From an uncultured delta proteobacterium (lineage in GTDB: Bacteria > Myxococcota_A > Polyangia > Polyangiales > Polyangiaceae), in assembly GCA_963782055.1 (NCBI GenBank), contig CAWAIF010000003.1, forward strand, positions 1,152,001 to 1,216,000: a stretch of 64,000 nt of DNA, in the 5' to 3' direction. Positions 1 through 7,540 of this stretch are shown in pieces. Position 1 is the stretch's first letter. Every line of letters begins with the position of its first letter. A model generated the notes under the pieces. The model was not told where the DNA came from. It searched no databases and worked only from the letters and a program-made list of their open reading frames with translations. The position numbers were made by a program, and so were the translations under genes.

Positions 1-136
1 GCGAGGGTGGCGAGATGGCGCATCGGTGCTCCGGTTCGACGGACAGTGGGCGGCGGCATTCACCCCATCCTGGCGACATCGTACCCCACGACCACCGCGC
101 CCCGCGCCGGAAAGGATGTATCCGAGGCCCAGGCCG

Positions 137-874
137 TCATCCCCGCGAGCAACGCGCGGCGACGGCCTCCATCACCTCGATCGTGGACTCGACGAGCCAG
201 AGATCGACGTTGGGGGTGCCTCCGTACAAGACCCCCTCGTCGTGGAGCACCAGGTACACCGGGGACTCGCCTGCGTCCCCGGGTCGGCGCAGGACACAGT
301 GGAAGTCGGAGTCGATCCGGGCAACGGGAACCGCGATGGCCCCCGGACTCAGCTCGGGTGGCGGCTCGGAGAACTCGTCCAGCAGTGTCGCCAGCTCGTC
401 GGAGAGCGCGCGGATCTCGTCCACATCACAGGTGACGAGATCCCTCCCGATGGCGAGGGATCCATGGCCCAGGAGCCTCCGGTGGCTCGGGGCGAGTCTG
501 GCGCCGAGGCTACCTTCGAGGCGGTCGATCGCGGCAGCGTCGGCCGGCGTCCCCTCGCGGCGCAGCAGCTGGGCAACATCGCCGATGCGTGACCGAAGCG
601 CATCCGCGTGTCCGGCCGTGCGCATCTGGTCCACCCACTGCACGGTGGCGGCCTCGAGTGCATCGAGGGACACCCCGGCGCCGAGCCGGGCGGCGCACTG
701 CTGGGTGATGGCGTCGGGATCCCCAGCGGCGGCAGCGGCGTCTCGGGCCTGCGTCTCCAGACGGGCCATGCCGGCGGTCCCCGCGGCCCGACTCTCGGCC
801 GCTCGTTCGGGCGACACGATCCCGGCTGCTGCCAGGAGGTCTGCCATCGACTTCTTCCTGCGCTCGTCGGCCAC
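137..874 (-). CDS. SMI1/KNR4 (SUKH)-like protein, possible immunity protein
   Basis: C-terminal half has 'PADAAAIDRLEGSLGARLAPSHRRLL' (SUKH N-terminal helix pattern) and 'GESPVYLVLHDEG'; start uncertain. Confidence 0.55.
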   Translation of the reverse strand: MADERRKKSMADLLAAAGIVSPERAAESRAAGTAGMARLETQARDAAAAAGDPDAITQQCAARLGAGVSLDALEAATVQWVDQMRTAGHADALRSRIGDVAQLLRREGTPADAAAIDRLEGSLGARLAPSHRRLLGHGSLAIGRDLVTCDVDEIRALSDELATLLDEFSEPPPELSPGAIAVPVARIDSDFHCVLRRPGDAGESPVYLVLHDEGVLYGGTPNVDLWLVESTIEVMEAVAARCSRG

Positions 875-1028
875 GGGCTCGTCCTGACTTCAGGTCGCTG
901 AGAGTGTGATGGCGTCCACCCCGAGGACGTGTGGGCGCATGGGAAATACTAGCGCGGTCGACCCGGCAGGCGAGGACGTTCCCGCGTACCATGAGGACCG
1001 CGTGGCAAACGGCAATGGGGAGCGATCG

Positions 1029-2285
1029 ATGAGCTGGCGAACGGTGGGCGGAGTGAGCGCGCTGGTCGCGGCGGCGCTCGGGGCGAGCTGCAAGCACCCT
1101 CCTCCCCCGGCTGCCGTGGACGCGGGGCCGGCGGCGAGCATCACGGCTGCGCCCGTCGCCACGCGCGAGTCGACGGCCAGCGCCGCGCCGCCGGTGCCGA
1201 CGCCTGCGGCCTCGGTGGCCCCCGCCACGCTGCCCGGGGACGCGGGCGCCGGAGCGTGCGCGCTCGTCTGGGGGCCGGCGAAGCTGGCGACGACGGGGCC
1301 GGTGGCGCTCGCGGCCACCGCGACCGGCGTCGATGTGGTGCAGAACGACAACGGGGCGGCGGTGCACGTGGCGTTCGCGCTGGGGAAGCTGGACCCGAAG
1401 GCGAAGCCGGTCGCGCCGCCCGCGCCGGCGGACGCTCGGCGCGTCTCGCGGCAGCCGTGCGCGCTCGCCGGGAGTGTTGCGTTCTGCACGGATCGGTCCG
1501 GCGGGGTGCACCGCGCGCCGGTCGGCGGGGGCGCCGGTCCAGTCGTCGGGCACGCGCGGCCGGGCGCGTGGGTGGCCGCGTCGCTCGTGGCGGGCAAGCC
1601 GGTGGTCGCCTTCCTGCGCGATCGCACGACGAGCGAGGGCAACACGCAGGAGGCGTACCTCGTCGACGCCGACGGCGCGGAGCAGCGGCTGTCGGAGGAC
1701 GGCAGCGGGGCAACGTTCGTGGCGCTCGCGCCGCGCGGGGAGGGCGCGATCGCGGTGTACGTCGACGCGCGCATGGCGATGTCGCCGGTGCACGCGCGCA
1801 CGGTCGCCGGGGCGAAGCCGGTGCTCGGCAAGGACGAGGTGCTCTTCATCGGCGGCAGCGCGGAGGCGACGACGCGCCTCGCGGTCGGCGTGCAGGCGGG
1901 CGGGCCGGCCTTCGCGCTGGTGCCCATCTCGCACGATCTGGCCTTCTCGCTCGCCATCGCGAGGATGGATGCCGGTCCCACGACGGACGCGCCGACGACG
2001 TGGTCGGACTACCCGAACGGGCTGGACCCGGCGCCCATCGCGGCGACGGCGGGCGCGAAGCGGGTGACGGTGGCCCGGGTGCGCCCGTCGGAGGCGCGGT
2101 TCGGCGCGCCGCGGGTGCTGGAGCTCGGACGCGTCGACGCGGGCGGCGGCTTCGCGCCGCTGGGCCTCGTGTCGACGCACGGCGCGGCGAGCCACGTGGC
2201 GATCGTGGAGGATCGCGGCGGAGGGATCGTGATCGGCTACACCGACGGCGCGGGGAGCTGGGTGGAGCGGAGGAGCTGCAAGTAG
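1029..2285 (+). CDS. Hypothetical lipoprotein with Pro/Ala-rich linker and beta-rich C-terminal region
   Basis: ATG at 1029 gives MSWRTVGGVSALVAAALGASC (lipobox-like); GC3-biased frame; stop TAG 2283-2285. Confidence 0.7.
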   Translation: MSWRTVGGVSALVAAALGASCKHPPPPAAVDAGPAASITAAPVATRESTASAAPPVPTPAASVAPATLPGDAGAGACALVWGPAKLATTGPVALAATATGVDVVQNDNGAAVHVAFALGKLDPKAKPVAPPAPADARRVSRQPCALAGSVAFCTDRSGGVHRAPVGGGAGPVVGHARPGAWVAASLVAGKPVVAFLRDRTTSEGNTQEAYLVDADGAEQRLSEDGSGATFVALAPRGEGAIAVYVDARMAMSPVHARTVAGAKPVLGKDEVLFIGGSAEATTRLAVGVQAGGPAFALVPISHDLAFSLAIARMDAGPTTDAPTTWSDYPNGLDPAPIAATAGAKRVTVARVRPSEARFGAPRVLELGRVDAGGGFAPLGLVSTHGAASHVAIVEDRGGGIVIGYTDGAGSWVERRSCK

Positions 2286-2287
2286 AG

Positions 2288-2464
2288 AGAGAGGGGGGAT
2301 GCCCCTCCTCGCGTGTGCTCGGGCCCATGCTCGCTCGCGCGCGCGCCGGCCGATGGGTGCAGGGTGCACGGGCTCCGGCGCGCGCGCGAGCTTGCGCGTG
2401 GGCCCTGCGCGCACGCGTCCTCCCCACGATGTCGCGCTCCGCGCGCCATACGGGGAGGAAGGTG
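2288..2464 (+). repeat. Palindromic dispersed repeat family A, copy 1
   Basis: Perfect 17-bp inverted repeat GCTCGCGCGCGCGCCGG (2333-2349) / CCGGCGCGCGCGCGAGC (2375-2391) inside a longer imperfect stem, followed by a second hairpin TCCTCCCC...GGGGAGGA; near-identical to 26896-27032 and homologous in reverse to 3278-3442. Confidence 0.9.
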
Positions 2465-3093
2465 TGTCCGACGTGCGGGCGGACGAAGTCGAGCACCGAG
2501 CGGCCGGCGCGGAAGCCGTGGGCGCACACGTGCAGCGGGACGTGCGCCAGGATGCCGTCGAGCAGCGCGCGCTGCAGCGCGCGCAGGCGTGGCTTGGGGA
2601 TCTCCAGCAGGCGCGCGCCGCCGCCGGGCTTCGGCAGCCAGCGGTACCGGTAGTGGCGCATGCGCTGCTCCGGGGCGAAGCGGGAGAGCCCGCGACGGTC
2701 GGCGAGCGCGTCGAGCTCGCGCACCTCCACGCCCAGGAACGTCGCAAGATCGCCGGTCGTGGGGATGGGCGGCACCTCGAAGAGCGTCGGCCGCATCCGG
2801 GGGATCCGGAAGAACGGGCGCTCCACGCGCAGGGCGTAATGCGGCAGGTCCTGCCACGCACGGCTCTCCGTCAGGGCGCGCGCGAGCGCGTCGCGGGCGT
2901 CGTGCGGCGGCGAGGGGAAGCGGCTGCGGGCGAAGCGGACCAGGCCGCGCAGCCCGCGCGGCCGCCTGTCCAGCGCGAGGGCGTCCTCCAGGCGGGCGAG
3001 CATCGCCTGCTCGTCCCAGTCGCCGGCAAGCATGGCGTCGGCGAGGCGTCTGGCGAGGAGGTCGGTCGTGAAAGAGCGTGCGGCGCGCGTCAA
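2465..3093 (-). pseudogene. Retron-type reverse transcriptase, 3'-truncated (N-terminal extension plus RT motifs 0-2 only)
   Basis: 'GDLATFLGVEVRELDALAD...HYRYRWLPKPGGGARLLEIPKPRLRALQRALLDGILAHVPLHVCAHGFRAGRSVLDFVRPHVG' matches retron RT motifs; homology stops at repeat A copy 1, before the D-x-x-D-F-F-P-S and YADD motifs; start TTG 3093 or ATG 3033. Confidence 0.85.
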
Positions 3094-3231
3094 CGAGACC
3101 CGTCGTGCACGAGCAGCACTGCGCCGCAGCCGCAGATCGGGCTCGTGCCATGAGATGCCCAAGTAAGGAGTTTCCCCCGGAGTAACCCCGGAGAGGCGAT
3201 GCGAATCGCCGGCTTGATCACGCGCCGCACG
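3077..3231 (-). ncRNA. Putative retron msr-msd non-coding RNA
   Basis: 11-bp a1/a2-like inverted repeat CGTGCGGCGCG (3077-3087) / CGCGCCGCACG (3221-3231); candidate branch G at 3219 on the minus strand; two short stem-loops (3195-3210, ~3174-3194); long msd-like hairpin GCACGAGC...CTGCG/CGCAG...GCTCGTGC (3107-3148); directly upstream of the RT. Confidence 0.7.
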
Positions 3232-3277
3232 ACGTCAGTCTATTCGTATCTCCGTTCGAGGGAAGTACGAGGCCGGG

Positions 3278-3442
3278 CACCACCCTCCCCGTGTGGCGCG
3301 CGGAGCGCGACACCGTGGGGAGGGCGGCCACGCGCAGGGCTCGCGCGCAAGCTCGCGTGCGCGCCGGAGCATGTGTAGTTTGCACATGGCGGCGGCGCGC
3401 GCGCGAGCGAGCACGAGCCCGAGCATGGCCGGGGAGGGGCAG
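3278..3442 (-). repeat. Palindromic dispersed repeat family A, copy 2 (inverted, more diverged)
   Basis: Reverse complement aligns end to end with 2300-2464 (GCCCCTCC...GCTCGCTCGCGCGCGCGCC...GAGCTTGCGCG...GTCGCGCTCCGCGCGCCA.ACGGGGAGG). Confidence 0.85.
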
Positions 3443-4678
3443 CTAATTCCCCACCAGACCCAGCCAGTACGTCTTGCTCGTCCCGAGGGTGCTCTCGATC
3501 CAGAAGGGCGACGCCCCGAAGGAGCTCTTCGCCAGCGCCTTGATCGTGAGGTTCAGCTTGTCGCCGTTCTGCCCCTGGCTCTGGTCGAAGGTGAACGAGA
3601 GCGCCGCGGCGCCGCCGAAGAAGGCGCTGGAGAGGTCCAGGGCCTTCACCGTCCAAGGGCCGCTCGTCGGGCCGTCGCTGTACAGGTCCAGCTCGATCGT
3701 CTTGGACTGGCCGATGGGGATCTTCACGCCGCGGTTCTGGAAGGAGCCGATGGGGGAGCCGATGACCGAGATGGTGTCGGGCAGGACGGGCGCCGAGTTG
3801 AAGTAGGGGCTCGGCGCGTCGGGCTCGCACGGGCCGTGGCCGGCCGCGGCCGACGCGTTGGACCACACGCGCTGCACCAGGTTGTCGACGCCCGTGGGGC
3901 GGTAGAAGGAGTCGGGGAAGTAGGCGCACACGTCGCCAATCTCCCCGCCGGCGAGGATGGCCCACGCCTTGTCGTCGATGTCGGTGTAGGCGGGCTTGTT
4001 GTTGGGGTACGGGTCCGTCGCCGCCTCGACGAACTCGTGCGACGCCTCGGCGGAGACCTGATCCATCGCGCTCGCCTGGCCCTGCGGCGGGCACCTCCCG
4101 ACGACCGTGTAGATGACCTCGGTGGTGCCATCCATCAGGTAGTCGCCGTGGTAGCCCTGGTAGTCGCTGCACAGGCTGCCGCCGCCCATGGTCACGTCGG
4201 TGCCCGTCGGGTAGTAGACGACGTAGAGGGTGTTGCCGTCCGGCTGGGGGAAGCCGTTGCCCGCCTTGATCTTCGCGGTGAGCCACGTCTGCACGTCGGT
4301 GTCGCTGAGCGACGCGGGGGGCGTCTCGGCGAGGTGCATCGGAGCGGTGGCGGTGAGCTCGCCCACGCCGTACTCCGAGACCGCGCCCGCCCAGTACGCC
4401 TTCGCCGCGACGAGCTGCGTGACGAAGTTGTCCAGGCTGGACTCGAGCGGATCGCCCTGGAAGGAGATGGGCACCAGCTTCGGCGCGGTCATCACCGGGC
4501 CGCCCTTGGTGACCGCCTTGGGCATCGGCGGGTGGTCGGCGGGGTACGCGCTCCCCGCGTCGCCGCCGCCGTCGTCGCCCGCGTCGGGCGTGCCGCCGTC
4601 GTCGGTGGGGGTGGACGCGCTGTCGCTGCACGCGACGAGCGCCATCGCGAGACCAAGGAAGAGGATGGAGCGCATCAC
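3443..4678 (-). CDS. Lipoprotein with 'SHEFVEAATDP' motif (EXORDIUM/Phi-1-like or metallopeptidase-like domain)
   Basis: Signal MRSILFLGLAMALVAC; 'CSDYQGYHG' and 'SHEFVEAATDP...GGEIGDVC' motifs. Confidence 0.7.
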   Translation of the reverse strand: MMRSILFLGLAMALVACSDSASTPTDDGGTPDAGDDGGGDAGSAYPADHPPMPKAVTKGGPVMTAPKLVPISFQGDPLESSLDNFVTQLVAAKAYWAGAVSEYGVGELTATAPMHLAETPPASLSDTDVQTWLTAKIKAGNGFPQPDGNTLYVVYYPTGTDVTMGGGSLCSDYQGYHGDYLMDGTTEVIYTVVGRCPPQGQASAMDQVSAEASHEFVEAATDPYPNNKPAYTDIDDKAWAILAGGEIGDVCAYFPDSFYRPTGVDNLVQRVWSNASAAAGHGPCEPDAPSPYFNSAPVLPDTISVIGSPIGSFQNRGVKIPIGQSKTIELDLYSDGPTSGPWTVKALDLSSAFFGGAAALSFTFDQSQGQNGDKLNLTIKALAKSSFGASPFWIESTLGTSKTYWLGLVGN

Positions 4679-4736
4679 GTCAGGATAGAGGGAACGCCCG
4701 AAGATGGAAGAGCTCCCGGCCGCGAGCGCCGCCGGC

Positions 4737-5534
4737 TCAAGGCTGAGTTGGCTGCGCCGCGCGGGCCGCCCGCACCTTCACCCGGTGGTCCCACCACGCC
4801 AGGAGCGTCGCGGCGACGAGCACCCCGGCCGCGGCCCCGGCGACGACGAGGAAGAGGGTGTAGCCCCACACGTAGACGCGCCCCGCCTCGAAGTACCAGT
4901 CGGGGTGGCGCAGCGCCGGCAGGGAGCGCACCACGCCCACCGCGCCGCCCGCGAGGGCGAAGGGAACGAGCAAGAAGCCTCCCCCGCGCCGCGCCGGCGG
5001 CTCCTGCGTGCTCTGCAAGGAGAGGCGCCGCAGGACCCAGAGCGCGATCACGCCGCCGACGATCGACGCGCCGACCTGCGTCAGGGTGTGCGTCGTGAAC
5101 CTGAGGTGCGCGACGTGGAAGACGGTGTGCGGCATCCACCCGGGGAGCATCACGTGCGTCAGCGCGTCGAACGCGAGGTGAGAGAAGGACCCGCAGAGCG
5201 CGCTCGCCGCCGCGCGCGCGACGCCGCCGGGTTGCGTGACGTCGGTGGCGGCGTCGGAGAGCCACGCGAGGCGCTTCCCGAGCCGCGCGGCGAGCACCTC
5301 GCCCAGGCGGAGGTTTCCCACGAGCAACACGACCGCCATCGTCACAGGCAGGCAGAAGGTGAACTGACCGGCGAAGGTGTGGCCGAACTCCACCGAGCGA
5401 TGCGGGTCGTTCCAGAAGTTCTGCAGGTCCGGCGCCATGCTGCCGATGACCAGCGCCGTCGCGTTGAAGGCGGCCGGCCGCCACGCCTTGAGCGGGAGCA
5501 CGGGGGCCTGGTGGGCGAGCAGCGGGAAGGGCAC
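4737..5534 (-). CDS. DUF4184-family membrane protein
   Basis: GTG start; 'PFPLLAHQAPVLPL', 'LVIGSMAPDL', 'SHLAFDALTH'; several TM segments. Confidence 0.75.
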   Translation of the reverse strand: MPFPLLAHQAPVLPLKAWRPAAFNATALVIGSMAPDLQNFWNDPHRSVEFGHTFAGQFTFCLPVTMAVVLLVGNLRLGEVLAARLGKRLAWLSDAATDVTQPGGVARAAASALCGSFSHLAFDALTHVMLPGWMPHTVFHVAHLRFTTHTLTQVGASIVGGVIALWVLRRLSLQSTQEPPARRGGGFLLVPFALAGGAVGVVRSLPALRHPDWYFEAGRVYVWGYTLFLVVAGAAAGVLVAATLLAWWDHRVKVRAARAAQPTQP

Positions 5535-5605
5535 GGCGGCAGGTGGAGCAAAGCACACGCGGGGGGCATGTGCTCGCAGGACTGGGGAGATCGGCTCGGG
5601 AGACT

Positions 5606-6343
5606 TCAGACCCGTTCGAGGGCGTAGACGTCCACGTCGACGCCCGGACTGTAGAGGTCGGGCGTGCGCCCGCCCAGCGCGCTCGGCGGGAGGCCGGCCG
5701 CGACGAGCAGCGACTCGTCGAGTCGCTCGATGCTCGCGGAGCGCAGCGGATAAGGCGTGTGGTGCACCTGGCCCCGGTACAGCACACCCGCCGGGCTCTT
5801 CGAGTAGAGGAAGTAGCGCTCGGCGAGGAAGAACTGGAGCGTTCCGTCCCGGCTCGCCTCCAGCGCCTCGCCCACGGCGTACTCCAGGTCGAGCGCGGCT
5901 GGTGTGGGCTCCGGCCACAGGCGGCGCGACCGGTAGACGATGCGGTCGCCCTCCCGTTCGAGGCTCATCTCGGCGCGGAAGTACGGCAGGTGGAAGAAGC
6001 GGCGCGCGGCGCGCACCGCGAGCGAGCTGGCGGCGTCCAGGCTGAAGAAGTAGACGCCGGGGTCCCGCCCGCCGTGATGGACGTAGACGCGCACGTTCGT
6101 CTCGTGGAAGGCGCTGACCCCCGGCATCCCGGGCAGCCAGCGCAGGGGTCGGATGCCCCGCATGGTGAAGGGGACCAGACCCACGTAGGTCCGCCCCTCG
6201 AAGGTGTCGATCTCCAGCTCCGGCGGGACGAGGCGCCGGATGCGGTCGGGGTCCACCTCCCAGTGGACGAAGAGCAGATCGCGCCAGAGGTGGCGCCCCT
6301 GAGGCGAGTGATCCGGTCTGCGCGTCGGGCCGATGCGATCCAC
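5606..6343 (-). CDS. YqjF/DUF2071-family protein
   Basis: 'WRDLLFVHWEVDP', 'FHETNVRVYV', 'GVYFFSLDA', 'FLAERY'. Confidence 0.85.
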   Translation of the reverse strand: MDRIGPTRRPDHSPQGRHLWRDLLFVHWEVDPDRIRRLVPPELEIDTFEGRTYVGLVPFTMRGIRPLRWLPGMPGVSAFHETNVRVYVHHGGRDPGVYFFSLDAASSLAVRAARRFFHLPYFRAEMSLEREGDRIVYRSRRLWPEPTPAALDLEYAVGEALEASRDGTLQFFLAERYFLYSKSPAGVLYRGQVHHTPYPLRSASIERLDESLLVAAGLPPSALGGRTPDLYSPGVDVDVYALERV

Positions 6344-6435
6344 GCGCGGAGACTACCGCGCGCCGCCGCTGCCCCAAAGCGCGCAGGCTCGACCGCCGCA
6401 CCCGAAGTCGTTACAACGGGCGCTGAGGTCTCACC

Positions 6436-7485
6436 ATGCGCGGATCGCGGCAGTGGAGTGCGAGCAGAGCCGCGGCGTTCGCGGGCGCGCTGGGCATGGC
6501 GGGGCTCGCGCTCTTCGTCTGGGCGTGCGGCGGCGACGACGCGTCCCAGCCCGGCGACGCCGGCTCCGACGTCACCGGCGCCGATGCGCCCGCGCCCGAC
6601 GCCGGCGTCGACGTCGACGCGGCGGACGCGGCGAGGGGGTGCGATCTCGCCAGGCCCTTCGACGCGCCCGTCTCCGTCGTCGAGCTGAACGGCCCGGGCG
6701 ACGACGTCGGAGCGCGGCTCTCCGCCGACGGCCTCACCGTCTACCTCACGAGCAACCGCGGGACCGACGCCGGGAGCGACTTCTTCACCCTCCCCACCAT
6801 GGCGATCTACCGCGCGACGCGCGCCGCCTCGGACCAGCCCTTCGGCGCGCCCGCGCCCGCCGCCGACCTCGACTCCGACGCGGGCGATGGGTACGTCACC
6901 CTCACCGGCGACGGCCTCACCGCGTACTTCGCCTCTCGCCGGGCCGGGTCGGGCGCCGCGGAGGTCTTCGTGGCCACACGCGCCGCCGCGGGCGATCCCT
7001 TCGGCGCCGCCGCGGCGATCCCCGACCTCGTGGCGGGCGGGGCGAACGCCGACCAGCCCTACGTGACGCCCGCGCGCTCCGCCCTGTACTTCGCCTCGAC
7101 ACGCGGCGTCGACGGCGGGGTGGCGGGCTTCCACGTCTTCCGCTCGCCCATCACCGCGGGCACGGTGGGCGCGCCGGCGCTCGTGGACGGTGTCTACGGG
7201 CCCGACGCCGGCGTCAAGGTGAGCTTCTCCCCGGTGGTGAGCGCCGACGAGCTCACCCTGTACTTCTCCGCGCCGAACCTCGGCAACCTGGACATCTGGC
7301 GGGCGACGCGCGCCAGCGCGCAGGACGCCTTCTCCAATCCCACGCCGGTCACCGAGCTGAACACCGCCGACCTGGATGCGCCCTCGTACCTGACGCCGGA
7401 CGGCTGCACCCTCTACTTCTACAGCAGCCGCGGCGGCGGCTTCGGCAAGCTGGACATCTACCGGGCGAGCAAGCCGGCGAAGTGA
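6436..7485 (+). CDS. Lipoprotein with PD40/TolB-like beta-propeller repeats
   Basis: Lipobox FVWAC; repeated 'LSADGLTVYLTSNR', 'LTGDGLTAYFASRR', 'VSADELTLYFS', 'LTPDGCTLYFYSSR'. Confidence 0.8.
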   Translation: MRGSRQWSASRAAAFAGALGMAGLALFVWACGGDDASQPGDAGSDVTGADAPAPDAGVDVDAADAARGCDLARPFDAPVSVVELNGPGDDVGARLSADGLTVYLTSNRGTDAGSDFFTLPTMAIYRATRAASDQPFGAPAPAADLDSDAGDGYVTLTGDGLTAYFASRRAGSGAAEVFVATRAAAGDPFGAAAAIPDLVAGGANADQPYVTPARSALYFASTRGVDGGVAGFHVFRSPITAGTVGAPALVDGVYGPDAGVKVSFSPVVSADELTLYFSAPNLGNLDIWRATRASAQDAFSNPTPVTELNTADLDAPSYLTPDGCTLYFYSSRGGGFGKLDIYRASKPAK

Positions 7486-7540
7486 CGATGGCGAACGTCT
7501 GAGCCAAGGCGCCCGCGGTTTGCTACACCCTGGGGCCTCG

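Noticed and set aside
1846..3162. Intact 438-aa reverse transcriptase
   Set aside because: Sequence after ...RPHVG derives from the repeat and the antisense strand of the neighbouring gene; no catalytic Asp motifs
2465..3231. Group II intron or DGR
   Set aside because: No domain V/VI, no TR/VR pair with adenine-specific differences, no avd; motifs and upstream structure fit a retron
3137..3422. Family-A repeat derived from this retron's msd (12-bp inverted match TCGGGCTCGTGC / GCACGAGCCCGA)
   Set aside because: The match is short, GC-rich and absent from the other two repeat copies; plausible by chance
7486..7540. thr attenuator or riboswitch upstream of thrA
   Set aside because: Only ~55 bp intergenic, with no Thr/Ile-rich leader peptide or terminator hairpin
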